In this document: piece by piece, positions 1-8,741 of the stretch | How the letters are laid out: each line of letters opens with the position of its first letter | Position numbering within the stretch: position 1 is the first letter of the stretch | Assembly (NCBI GenBank): GCA_001816655.1 | Contig: MHCP01000030.1 | Location: forward strand, 69,623 to 133,622 | From: Candidatus Woykebacteria bacterium RBG_13_40_15 | GTDB lineage: Bacteria; Patescibacteriota; Microgenomatia; Woykebacterales; RBG-16-39-9b | Direction of reading: 5' to 3' | DNA: 64,000 nucleotides | Program-made: the position numbers and the translations under genes | The notes under the pieces: generated by a model | The model's input: only the letters and a program-made list of their open reading frames with translations | The model's database searches: none | What the model was told of the DNA's origin: nothing

Positions 1-811
1 CAGGAACTGAAGTTTTGGTCTGATCTCTAACAACAATAAAACCTTTATTATCCAACTCTACTTGCCCTTTTAGGAAGCCTGTGGCTGGATTGTGTCCAAT
101 GGCAATAAACAAACCATCAATCCTTAAATCTTCTTCTTTCTGTGATTTTAAATTTCTTATCTTCACGCCTTCAACTTTACTCTCGCCTAAAATTTCTTCA
201 ACAACACTATCAAAAATAACTTTAATATTTTTGGTTTCGAAGACTCTATCTTGATTTTGGGCGAAAGCATCAAGCCCGCTACCTCTATGGATTAAAACAA
301 CCTCGCTTGCAATTTTAGATAGATAAGTCGCTTCCTTAGTAGCAGTATCCCCACCTCCAACTATTGCTACTTTTTTACCTTTAAAAAATGGGCCGTCGCA
401 AATGGAACAAGCGGAAACTCCTTGTCCAATAAGTCTCTGTTCGCTTTCCAAACCAAGCCAATTAGCGGCTGAGCCTGTCGCTACGATTAAACTTTTTGAT
501 TTGTATTCTTTTTCTTTTGTAAAAACTTTGAAGGGCCTTCCCGACAAATCGACTTTTATTGCTTCTTCACAAACTATTTTCGCTCCCAAGATCTCTGCTT
601 GTTTTTTAGTTTTCACCATCAATTCTGCGCCAGAAATACCTCCCGGAAACCCAGGAAAATCTTCCACCTTTGGGGCCATTGTAATTTGCCCACCAGGTTT
701 GCTGCCTTCAAAAACAATAAAATCCAGATCGCTTCTTGCAGCATAAATTGCTGCAGTTAAACCTGCCGGTCCGCCGCCGATAATAATGATATCAAAGGTT
801 TTGTTTTCCAT
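1..811 (-). CDS. trxB: thioredoxin-disulfide reductase, partial (C-terminus runs past the window start)
   Basis: Reverse-strand translation starts MENKTFDIIIIGGGPAGLTAAIYAARS (FAD GxGxxG), then a CSICDG redox CxxC and a second Rossmann motif VAIVGGGDTA. Missing from the supplied ORF track because it is truncated by the window edge. Confidence 0.85.
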   Translation of the reverse strand, partial: MENKTFDIIIIGGGPAGLTAAIYAARSDLDFIVFEGSKPGGQITMAPKVEDFPGFPGGISGAELMVKTKKQAEILGAKIVCEEAIKVDLSGRPFKVFTKEKEYKSKSLIVATGSAANWLGLESEQRLIGQGVSACSICDGPFFKGKKVAIVGGGDTATKEATYLSKIASEVVLIHRGSGLDAFAQNQDRVFETKNIKVIFDSVVEEILGESKVEGVKIRNLKSQKEEDLRIDGLFIAIGHNPATGFLKGQVELDNKGFIVVRDQTKTSVP

Positions 812-834
812 GAGAATAATAATACCACAAAAAC

Positions 835-1896
835 TTAAGCAAGCCTGGAAAGTTGTTCTTTAAAGAAATCTACATTTGGAATAGGCCCGGGGTTTGTATC
901 ATAAATGGCCGCTAGGTAGAAACTTACCCAAGAGGAAAAAATTATTGCCTCAAATGCACCGGTCTGTCGATCTTTCCCGGAAAGTTTGTAAGTAACATAT
1001 TCAAACCCTTTATTTGTTAAAAGATCTTTTGTTACCGCGTAGCGTTTATGAATTTTTTGGTCGTAATTATCAGTTTCCAAAAAAACAAATTTAATTACTT
1101 CTTTCAAGCTATCTGGAAACGAAATCCCTTCTAACAAATGGTGATTCGCTTCCGGTATTAGAAAATAATTTGAGAAAACTTTAGCATTTTCATTCAGATC
1201 GTTAGCAAAAATAGGGGCATTACCTGCTAAGAATTCTGAGGCAAAAATAACTGGGATTTTGCCGTTTAGCGCAGTTGCCAATGCTTTTGCGGCGTTTTTT
1301 TCTACAGGTATTTCTGGGCCAAGTTGCATTTTTTCAATTGAATTCAAGACTTTTTCTAAATCTTGGTCTGTAAAATTCAAAAACCCCAATTTTGCAAAGA
1401 CCCCCAAAGTAGCCCCAATAGAATAGCCCAACCCAAGTCTTGGTTTTCCTGATGGATTGTATTTTGAACCAAACTGGTAAAAAGGTAGGCTTTTCTGCTT
1501 TAGCTCTTCAACTAGCTTCCCTCCCGAGGATATCCCCAATATTTTTGCTTCCCTTTTCTGACCATCGGAAAAGGCCGACAGTGTTTCTTCCGTATCGCCA
1601 GAGTAACTAGAAACGACTAACAGGGTATTTCCTTTCACAAATGTCGGCAGGAAATAATCGTTTACAATTTGAAGTGGTAAGGAAAGATCGAAAACACTGC
1701 GAACAAAATGCGCACCTAAGCAGCTGCCGCCCATACCAGCAACTACAATATTTTTTACATTTCGATACTCTAGAGGAATTTCAACTAATCTTAGCTCTTG
1801 CCAAGCTGTTTTTAATTGATCTCCGAAAGATTTTATCGATTCTACCACATTATTGCTGTCGAGTTTTTTTATCTCTTCAACATCGTCTAGTGTCAT
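835..1896 (-). CDS. bifunctional phosphoglucose/phosphomannose isomerase (SIS domain, archaeal-type PGI/PMI)
   Basis: 353 aa. SIS-like VVAGMGGSCLGAHFV and SSYSGDTEETL motifs. Lies in a glycolytic gene context. Confidence 0.6.
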   Translation of the reverse strand: MTLDDVEEIKKLDSNNVVESIKSFGDQLKTAWQELRLVEIPLEYRNVKNIVVAGMGGSCLGAHFVRSVFDLSLPLQIVNDYFLPTFVKGNTLLVVSSYSGDTEETLSAFSDGQKREAKILGISSGGKLVEELKQKSLPFYQFGSKYNPSGKPRLGLGYSIGATLGVFAKLGFLNFTDQDLEKVLNSIEKMQLGPEIPVEKNAAKALATALNGKIPVIFASEFLAGNAPIFANDLNENAKVFSNYFLIPEANHHLLEGISFPDSLKEVIKFVFLETDNYDQKIHKRYAVTKDLLTNKGFEYVTYKLSGKDRQTGAFEAIIFSSWVSFYLAAIYDTNPGPIPNVDFFKEQLSRLA

Positions 1897-1923
1897 AATT
1901 CACCCTTTTGTTGACTCTACCAT

Positions 1924-3186
1924 TTAAATCTTGCGGACGTCAAACCAACCCTCAAGCAAATGTTGAATAATTACCCCTTCCAGCTTATCAACGCTAAAGT
2001 AACTCATGAATATTTTGTTCCAAAGCGCTTCTCTAAAATGGTAATAATACCTATCTTTAAAATTCTTATTGTTCATAACGTTCATTATATTGTCCATAAA
2101 ATTGAAGTTAACCAAATCTTGCTCACCACTAGAATTTGGTAACCACAGGGCTAGATAATTTGTATGCTCCCAAATCTTAAAATCCAAATTTGGCTTCATT
2201 TTCCCAATCTTGAAAAAGGTGTGAGAGGCACCGCGGTGATAAAGAGCTTCTGGATTGACATGCGCTGTCCCAAGGCGAGGGTCCTCCGGACTATATTTAT
2301 ACAAATAACGCTGGATTATTAGCCATTTATTTGGATCATTATGCGATAAAGAAATATCAGGCACATCACAACGGAGAGCTGAGACCATTTTTTTACCAAA
2401 GAGAGGCTGTTCAATTTGGTGCTTAAAATATCCGGAATAAGTAAGTATTTCGTCAATGTAATGATTCGTCATCACAAACATATAAAGAGTGGCTGCTTCG
2501 GTAATGTTGTCTTTTGGAATTACGAATATTACCCCAAGCTCTTTCAGATGACTCATTGAGTGTAACTTTTCTTTAAGAAACCTTTCTGCAAGCTGCTCCC
2601 ATTTGCTTCTGTCCAAAACTCGTATCTCAATTGGTCTTTCCTCAAAATCATCCTTTGAAAGTCTTCTGTAGGCTGCTATATACGTGGCATTCATCCAGTC
2701 AGAAGGTTCTGCAAACCGAAGAGCTGCATAGATTTCAAAAAGATCCTCATTTTCCAACATTTTATCAACTGACGGATACCCCAAATTCTCCAGAATATTC
2801 TTTGGGGGGTTTTCGCGCATTAGCCTTTCAGCAACATTCCTCTTTATAAAAAAGCCCGTCCGATCTTGATGCAAGGCTAGAGCTGCAGACATTAAATTAT
2901 AACAACCTTTACTCTCTAAGTAACTAGGGTGGCCCAAGGCCTCAAACATCTGTTTATCCAGCTTTCGTACACACTCCTTAATCGTTGTGTAGAGCTCTTC
3001 TGCTTTTGGATAGGTAAGACCGAGCCCTGTTAATATTCTTCCAGCTTTTTCATGGTTTTCTTCGTAAAACCGCTCCAGAACCTGCTTTTTGTCAGTTATT
3101 TTCTCTAGCGCGTCAATGTTTCGTGAGAAAATATCGGGATCAATATTTAATTGAGTTGAAAAAAATTCAGCTACTGTACTTTTCAT
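1924..3186 (-). CDS. hypothetical protein (420 aa) embedded in the sugar-metabolism cluster
   Basis: Long clean ORF, same strand as and tightly spaced with flanking metabolic genes. I recognise no motif. Confidence 0.5.
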   Translation of the reverse strand: MKSTVAEFFSTQLNIDPDIFSRNIDALEKITDKKQVLERFYEENHEKAGRILTGLGLTYPKAEELYTTIKECVRKLDKQMFEALGHPSYLESKGCYNLMSAALALHQDRTGFFIKRNVAERLMRENPPKNILENLGYPSVDKMLENEDLFEIYAALRFAEPSDWMNATYIAAYRRLSKDDFEERPIEIRVLDRSKWEQLAERFLKEKLHSMSHLKELGVIFVIPKDNITEAATLYMFVMTNHYIDEILTYSGYFKHQIEQPLFGKKMVSALRCDVPDISLSHNDPNKWLIIQRYLYKYSPEDPRLGTAHVNPEALYHRGASHTFFKIGKMKPNLDFKIWEHTNYLALWLPNSSGEQDLVNFNFMDNIMNVMNNKNFKDRYYYHFREALWNKIFMSYFSVDKLEGVIIQHLLEGWFDVRKI

Positions 3187-3272
3187 TTCTCTAGCCCACT
3201 TCAGTGGTCGCAGTATTCGAGAGTACCAAAATCATTAAGCGATTAGCGAAAATTATTTTGTTACAAAGAATA

Positions 3273-4253
3273 CTATTTGACCTTTTGCTTACTAATTGGT
3301 AATTTTTCCCTGAACGGTCTTTCTCCCAAACGCAGTATCCCTTTCTTTGCTCCGAAGAAACTAACGACGGACGATGAGTTATCAATAGCAAGTTCTAGGG
3401 CACCTTCAATATTTTCGTATTTTATTAACCCAACAATAAAGCCGGATGCGAAAGCATCACCTGCCCCAGTGCGATCAACAGCGCTATTACTATGTGTGCC
3501 AATGTGATAAAAATAGTTGCCGTCACAAGCCGTAGCTCCATTTTCCCCGTCTGTAACCACTCCAATCCCGGCAGCTAAAAGACAAGTTCTGTGGGTCAAC
3601 TTTTCTTTATCATCGAATGAAATACCTGTGAGTTCGCTAGCCTCTTCTCTATTCATTATAACAACATCCGCTTTAGCAAAAATTGGCCTAAGAACCCGAA
3701 GACCACTTTCTAGTTCCCCACCTCCGGGAATCAAGGCAACCTTAGTTCCCTTTTCTTTTGCTTCTTTCACCAGAGAGTTCAAAAGCTTGATATTTCCACC
3801 AAGACTAGTAATAACAAGCCACTTTGAATCTAGGCTCTTTGGAAAATCTTCTTCGCAAAAGTCCCCACTTGCACCTCTGAAAACAAGGATAGTTCGCTCA
3901 CCATTTTTTACAACGAGAATAATCGAATAGCCAGTGTAGTTTTCTCTATCTTTAATAACAAATTCGGTACTGACACCATCTTTTTCTAATGACTCGGCCA
4001 CAGCCTTACCTCCGGGATCATCTCCAACTCGGCAAATGCAAGCTGTATTTAATTTTTGTCTTGCGAAAGTAACTGCGGTATTTGTCGCTCCTCCACCTGT
4101 TTCAAAAATAAGCTCCTCAACATTTAATTTACTGCCAAGAGGAAGAGGTAAATTAAAACCAGTTGGGGAAGAGCGGTCACGCTTAGGTTTAAACTCTTTT
4201 GATTTTAAGAAGACGTCTCTTGTTGCAGAACCTACAGTTATTACATCAAACAT
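3273..4253 (-). CDS. PfkB-family carbohydrate kinase (ribokinase-like)
   Basis: N-terminal GGGATN and C-terminal DRTGAGDAFASGF signature motifs of ribokinase/PfkB. Confidence 0.8.
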   Translation of the reverse strand: MFDVITVGSATRDVFLKSKEFKPKRDRSSPTGFNLPLPLGSKLNVEELIFETGGGATNTAVTFARQKLNTACICRVGDDPGGKAVAESLEKDGVSTEFVIKDRENYTGYSIILVVKNGERTILVFRGASGDFCEEDFPKSLDSKWLVITSLGGNIKLLNSLVKEAKEKGTKVALIPGGGELESGLRVLRPIFAKADVVIMNREEASELTGISFDDKEKLTHRTCLLAAGIGVVTDGENGATACDGNYFYHIGTHSNSAVDRTGAGDAFASGFIVGLIKYENIEGALELAIDNSSSVVSFFGAKKGILRLGERPFREKLPISKQKVK

Positions 4254-4338
4254 TGGACAGATAAACCTTTCAAAATAAGTATAGCATTCTCCGTAACCAA
4301 ATTCTTTCCCTAATCGTTCAAGTAGATCGCTTTGCGTT

Positions 4339-4407
4339 CTGCGACCATTTCATGGACTAAATTTGGGTACTCTCAAATGCTGCGACCACTTTGTGGACTA
4401 AAATAGA
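4339..4407. promoter_or_regulatory. two adjacent copies of a dyad motif GCGACCAY-TTY-RTGGAC TAAA (CCAC-N3-GTGG core) in the pfkB upstream region
   Basis: Read directly: ctgcgaccatttcatggactaaa at 4339-4361 and ctgcgaccactttgtggactaaa at 4378-4400. A third, inverted copy lies at 5270-5300. Confidence 0.35.
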
Positions 4408-4541
4408 TGTGCTCAATTTGTGAAGAAGAAACTAAAAAACTTTGTCCTCACTCAATCAAAATTAACCATTAGGATAGCGGATTTCTACCATTCAGACTTT
4501 CTTTTTTTGGTATAATATGAACATATAGACTCCGAAAGGCG

Positions 4542-5174
4542 GTGAAACTTATGAAAAGATCTGCCAGCTTTTTATTAGCGTTCTTACTTCTAGCTTTCCC
4601 ATCCACTGTTTTTGCTGTGAGCGAGCAAGATAGTCAAGTCCAAAATCAAACTCAAACTTCAACCCAAAACCAGGGTGATGACCAACAAATCCAGACCCAA
4701 ACACAGGAGCAGGAATCCCTAAAGGCTACCTCTAGCGCTAACCAAAACAAAAACCAAACTGCTCAGCAAAACATGGAAAGGGTTCAGGAACGCTTTCAAG
4801 CCCTTCTTCAAATCCAAACTTCAGGCAGTGTTGGTGACCAGGTAAGAGTACAGGCACGAGCACAAATCCAAACTCAGGAGCAAATTAGAGAACAGCTAAA
4901 TAAAGTTGAGGCTAGAAAAGGGTTAATTAAATTCTTAATTGGCCCTCATTATCCTGGCCTAGAAAACCTAAAAGAGCAGCTTGAGCAAAACCAGCTAAGA
5001 ATAATGCAGCTTTATCAACTGCATAGCCAGATCCAAAATCAAGGTGACAAAACGGCTATCCAGTCAGCGATAGAAGCTTTGATTCAGGAAAATACTAGCC
5101 TTCAAGATAAGATCAACGAACAGGATAAATCCTTTAGTTTGTTAGGTTGGTTGCTCAAATTATTCGTTCGCTAG
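4542..5174 (+). CDS. secreted Gln-rich coiled-coil protein (signal peptide), unknown function
   Basis: N-terminal MKLMKRSASFLLAFLLLAFPSTVFA signal-like segment, then a Q/T/N-rich low-complexity region and heptad-like repeats. RBS aaaggcgg lies upstream. Confidence 0.55.
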   Translation: MKLMKRSASFLLAFLLLAFPSTVFAVSEQDSQVQNQTQTSTQNQGDDQQIQTQTQEQESLKATSSANQNKNQTAQQNMERVQERFQALLQIQTSGSVGDQVRVQARAQIQTQEQIREQLNKVEARKGLIKFLIGPHYPGLENLKEQLEQNQLRIMQLYQLHSQIQNQGDKTAIQSAIEALIQENTSLQDKINEQDKSFSLLGWLLKLFVR

Positions 5175-5190
5175 AATCGGCTGTTTTATT

Positions 5191-5293
5191 CGACAACCTT
5201 ACCGGCGGAAACGAATATGTCGATCTTGTGTTCGAAAACTGACTGAATTGCGGAGATAACATCTGGCATTAGTTTTAGCCCACGAAGTGGTCG
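5191..5293 (-). repeat. degenerate copy (about 70% nucleotide identity) of the last ~27 codons plus stop of fba; frame kept (MPDVISAIQSVFEHKIDIFVSAGKVVE*)
   Basis: Aligned by eye to 5414-5520: shared ccttaccg, cgaatatgtc, tgaattgcggagataacatctggcat versus tgaatcgcacttataacggttggcat. Confidence 0.5.
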
Positions 5294-5329
5294 CAAACTT
5301 ATGCGGACTCAGTTTTTCCAGCCGACCCA

Positions 5330-5413
5330 AAAATTTCAATTTTGCGCTCTACAACGGCTTGGATCGATGTTATAACGGTCGGCATAAGTTTTAGGAGCGG
5401 TAGCGACGCAAGA
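5330..5413 (-). repeat. second degenerate tandem copy of the fba 3' end; frame kept (MPTVITSIQAVVERKIEIFGSAGKTESA*)
   Basis: ttttgcgctctacaacggcttggatcgatgttataacggtcggcataagtttt versus ttttatgctcaacaacctcttgaatcgcacttataacggttggcataatttta in the real gene. Confidence 0.5.
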
Positions 5414-6286
5414 TTATGCGTAATTAGCCTTACCGACTGAGCCGAATATGTCTATTTTATGCTCAACAACCTCTTGAATCGCACTTATAACGGTTGGCAT
5501 AATTTTATAAACCGCGTATTCTTCCGGTTTTTCACTCAAAACTTTTTCCGTAGTGTCTCTAAAAGCTTGCCGCAGTTCCGTATTGATGTTAACTTTTACA
5601 ATTCCCCCAACTTTTATTGCTTCCTTCACCTGTTCATCGGAAATTCCGCTCCCCCCGTGCATTGATAGGAAAGTGCCTGGAAGAGCTGCTCTTATTTTTT
5701 TCAAAAGATCGAAATCAACCTGTTTTTCCTGCCCCTCAAAAATCCCATGATAGTTGCCAAAAAATGCAGCGAAAATGTCTATTCCTGTCTCCTCAACAAA
5801 TTCTTTTGCCTTCTCTGGGTTAGTTAAAGCTTTTTTTATCTCATCTTGCGACAATTTTCCGCTATGTACCCCCGAAGAGCCAGCGATATGATCTATTTCA
5901 CCTTCGACAGTAAGTCCCTTAGCGTGGACTTTTGGAACAACTTCTTTGGCAATTTTCAAATTTTCCTCGTAAGGCAACTTGGAACCATCAAAATGAACCA
6001 TATCAAAGCCAGCTTTAATTGCCTTTTCAATACCAGCCTTATCCGGGCAATGATCCAAATTTATAAGAATTGTTGCACCTTCCTCCCTCGCGTTGTCAAC
6101 AAGATCAACAATGTTATTTACACCAACAAACTTTTCTTCTCCAGAAGAAAATTCCATAATAACCGGTGCTTTTTTGTTTTTTGCGGCTGCCAAAACTCCC
6201 TTGAAAATTTCAAGATTATCAATATTAAAAGCCCCCAGGGCAAAACCTTCTGCTTCAGCTTTTGCTAACCATTTTTGAGCGTTCAT
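5414..6286 (-). CDS. fba: class II fructose-bisphosphate aldolase
   Basis: 290 aa. Class II FBA/tagatose-bisphosphate aldolase hallmarks: GAFNIDNLE at the N-terminus, DHCPD, SMHGGSG. Confidence 0.85.
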   Translation of the reverse strand: MNAQKWLAKAEAEGFALGAFNIDNLEIFKGVLAAAKNKKAPVIMEFSSGEEKFVGVNNIVDLVDNAREEGATILINLDHCPDKAGIEKAIKAGFDMVHFDGSKLPYEENLKIAKEVVPKVHAKGLTVEGEIDHIAGSSGVHSGKLSQDEIKKALTNPEKAKEFVEETGIDIFAAFFGNYHGIFEGQEKQVDFDLLKKIRAALPGTFLSMHGGSGISDEQVKEAIKVGGIVKVNINTELRQAFRDTTEKVLSEKPEEYAVYKIMPTVISAIQEVVEHKIDIFGSVGKANYA

Positions 6287-7266
6287 GACGTGCCTTTTCT
6301 TTTTAAAACTGTCCTTACGGCCTCCTTAATATCTTTTACACCCATCCCATACTTGTCCAGTAACTCTCTCGGATGTCCAGACTCACCAAATGTATCTTTT
6401 ACCCCAATTCTTTCAATTGGAACAGGATAGCTCTCAGCTAAAACCTCGGCTACTGCTCCACCAAGACCACCATCTATTTGGTGTTCCTCCACTGTAACAA
6501 TTGCGCCTGTTTCTTTAGCCGCTTTTGCAATTCCAAGCTTGTCAATTGGTTTCACCGTATGGTTGTTGATAACTTGCACGCTAATTCCCTCTTTTTCTAG
6601 TTCTTTTGCAGCCAAAAGGCAGTAGTAAACCAATGGGCCACAAGCAATAATGGTTACATCTTTTCCTTCTCTGAAAATTTCCGCTTGGCCGAATTTAAAA
6701 GGTGTTGCCTCTGTTGTAATTACTGCAGTTTTTCCCCGGGCAAAGCGAAGATAAAGCGGGCCTTTGTGCTCTGCAACATAAACAGCTGCTTTTCTAGTCT
6801 CGATGTAATCACACGGAACAACCACAGCCATATTCGGCAAAACTCTCGCTATCGCAATATCTTCCAAAGCTTGATGAGTTGCTCCATCACCACCAACACT
6901 GATTCCAGCGTGAGAGCCAACTATTTTTACATTCGCTTTTGAATAACAAACGCTGACTCTAATTTGATCCCAGGTTCTTCCAGGAGCAAAAACTGCCAGA
7001 GACGAGGCGAAAGGAATTTTCCCGTTTAAAGCAAGCCCTGCTGCAATTCCAATCATGTTTTGCTCGGCAATACCACACTCAAAAAACCTCTCAGGAAATT
7101 TTTCCGCGAAAGAATCTACGCGGGTTGATTGCTTAAGGTCTGCGCTCAATGCAACAACATCCGGGTTTTTCCCAGCCTCAAGTAAACCTTCCCCATAACC
7201 ATCCCGCATCGAAATTTTCTCGATGTCGGAATCAAAAATTTTTGAATTTAGGACAGTTTCCCTCAT
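6283..7266 (-). CDS. tkt: transketolase, C-terminal (pyrimidine-binding) subunit of a split transketolase
   Basis: 327 aa, FECGIAEQNMIGIAAGLA... and GGDGATHQALEDIA motifs. Overlaps fba by 4 nt. Confidence 0.85.
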   Translation of the reverse strand: MRETVLNSKIFDSDIEKISMRDGYGEGLLEAGKNPDVVALSADLKQSTRVDSFAEKFPERFFECGIAEQNMIGIAAGLALNGKIPFASSLAVFAPGRTWDQIRVSVCYSKANVKIVGSHAGISVGGDGATHQALEDIAIARVLPNMAVVVPCDYIETRKAAVYVAEHKGPLYLRFARGKTAVITTEATPFKFGQAEIFREGKDVTIIACGPLVYYCLLAAKELEKEGISVQVINNHTVKPIDKLGIAKAAKETGAIVTVEEHQIDGGLGGAVAEVLAESYPVPIERIGVKDTFGESGHPRELLDKYGMGVKDIKEAVRTVLKRKGTS

Positions 7267-7820
7267 TTATTCGCCTTGGCCGCCACATTTAGGTACCTTC
7301 TAGTCACCAAAACCAATCCAATCAGTACAACAACTAATTCCAAAAAGAGCCACCTCTTATCAACCGCGGTCATTCCCCGGCCGGCACCATAAAGGATCGT
7401 GAAAATTCCACCAAAGACAAGCCCTGGCCCTACTGGTCCCATCGCCTCACTAAGAAACAATGCCCCACCAGCAAGCGCAACAAAACCAATTATTGTAATT
7501 GGAATAAAGACGTTGCGATTATACGTCTCATTTTCTTTCTGGAAATCCTTGTTGCATTTATCCATCTCGGCTTGTTGATCTTCAGTCGGTCCGTCCTTGC
7601 CAAAGTTTCTCTGCATAATTGATTCGCAGTTTTCGCTCATTTGTGGAGAAGGGTAAAAAGCCTCTATTCCAAGGCCGACCATCAACGGAAAAACTACTGC
7701 AATCGCCAACCCAAGTCCCATTTTGACAACTGTATTCATTATGTCCTCACCTCCTTTGCTAGCGCTAAAGACTGCAATAATAATTAGTACCAGAACCCCT
7801 ATACCTGCTAAGCCTATCAT
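7263..7820 (-). CDS. small multi-pass membrane protein inserted between the two transketolase halves
   Basis: 185 aa with four hydrophobic segments. 4-nt overlap with tkt-C. Confidence 0.5.
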   Translation of the reverse strand: MIGLAGIGVLVLIIIAVFSASKGGEDIMNTVVKMGLGLAIAVVFPLMVGLGIEAFYPSPQMSENCESIMQRNFGKDGPTEDQQAEMDKCNKDFQKENETYNRNVFIPITIIGFVALAGGALFLSEAMGPVGPGLVFGGIFTILYGAGRGMTAVDKRWLFLELVVVLIGLVLVTRRYLNVAAKANK

Positions 7821-7850
7821 TTTATTTTAGCCAACGCAAAAATTGTAAAG

Positions 7851-8741
7851 TCACTCATGTTCGCTCACAATTTTTCCTTTCAAAGTCCGTAATTCATGCA
7901 AAGCTTTTTTGGCTTGTTCGGGACTTGGAAATTTTCCATGCCAAGAAGGATCGGCTTCCATAAAATCAACCCCTTTTCCTGGAATCGTATGGGCAATTAT
8001 AACACTTGGCTTTTCTAAAATTGCCTGAGCTTGCCTACATGCATCAACAATTGCTCTAATATTGTGCCCATCAACCTCCAACACGTGCCAGCCAAATGAT
8101 TCATATTTTTCTTTTAATGGCTCGAGTGGCATAACGTCTTCTGTAAATCCATCGATTTGAATGTTGTTTCGATCAATGATGTTTGTTAAGTTGTGCAATT
8201 TATTTTTCCCCGCAAACATTACGGCTTCCCAAGTCTGACCCTCATCGTGCTCGCCGTCACTAGTTATGCAATAAACCCAATATTTTTTATTATCCAGGCG
8301 TCCTGCAAGAGTTATTCCAATTGCTTGAGACAATCCCTGACCAAGAGAGCCAGAAGTGTTTTCTACTCCAGGGAGAGATCCAAAATGAGGATGCCCTTGA
8401 AGACGGGAACCAATTCTCCGCAGAGTAAAAAGCTCTTCCATAGGAAAGTAACCACTGTGTGCTAAGGTTGCGTATAAAACTGGAGCAATGTGGCCGTTGG
8501 AAAGTACTAATCTATCACGGTCTTCAAAGTTTGGGTTTTTGGGATTGTGATCTAAAACAGAAAAATAGAGAGCGGTAAAAACATCTGCCATCCCCAAAGA
8601 ACCAGCAGAATGACCACTGCCTGCTTCAAGAAGCATTTTTATAATGTCTTCTCTTATTTCACAGGCTTTTTTCTCTAAAATTTTTAAGTGCTCCTCAGTT
8701 AACATAGTAGTGAAGATATTAACTTTCCACAACAGGTACAA
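7851..8741 (-). CDS. tkt: transketolase, N-terminal (TPP-binding) subunit
   Basis: GSGHSAGSLGMADVFTALYF and GHPHFG... motifs. The second in-frame ATG (MLTEEHL, about 8705) is the more likely start, since the first ATG overlaps rpe by 23 nt. Confidence 0.85.
   Translation of the reverse strand: MYLLWKVNIFTTMLTEEHLKILEKKACEIREDIIKMLLEAGSGHSAGSLGMADVFTALYFSVLDHNPKNPNFEDRDRLVLSNGHIAPVLYATLAHSGYFPMEELFTLRRIGSRLQGHPHFGSLPGVENTSGSLGQGLSQAIGITLAGRLDNKKYWVYCITSDGEHDEGQTWEAVMFAGKNKLHNLTNIIDRNNIQIDGFTEDVMPLEPLKEKYESFGWHVLEVDGHNIRAIVDACRQAQAILEKPSVIIAHTIPGKGVDFMEADPSWHGKFPSPEQAKKALHELRTLKGKIVSEHE

Noticed and set aside
402-746. 114-aa plus-strand ORF in the supplied track
   Set aside because: It lies fully antisense within trxB, whose reverse frame gives textbook FAD/NADPH and CxxC motifs. 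The ORF has no RBS and a low-complexity composition.
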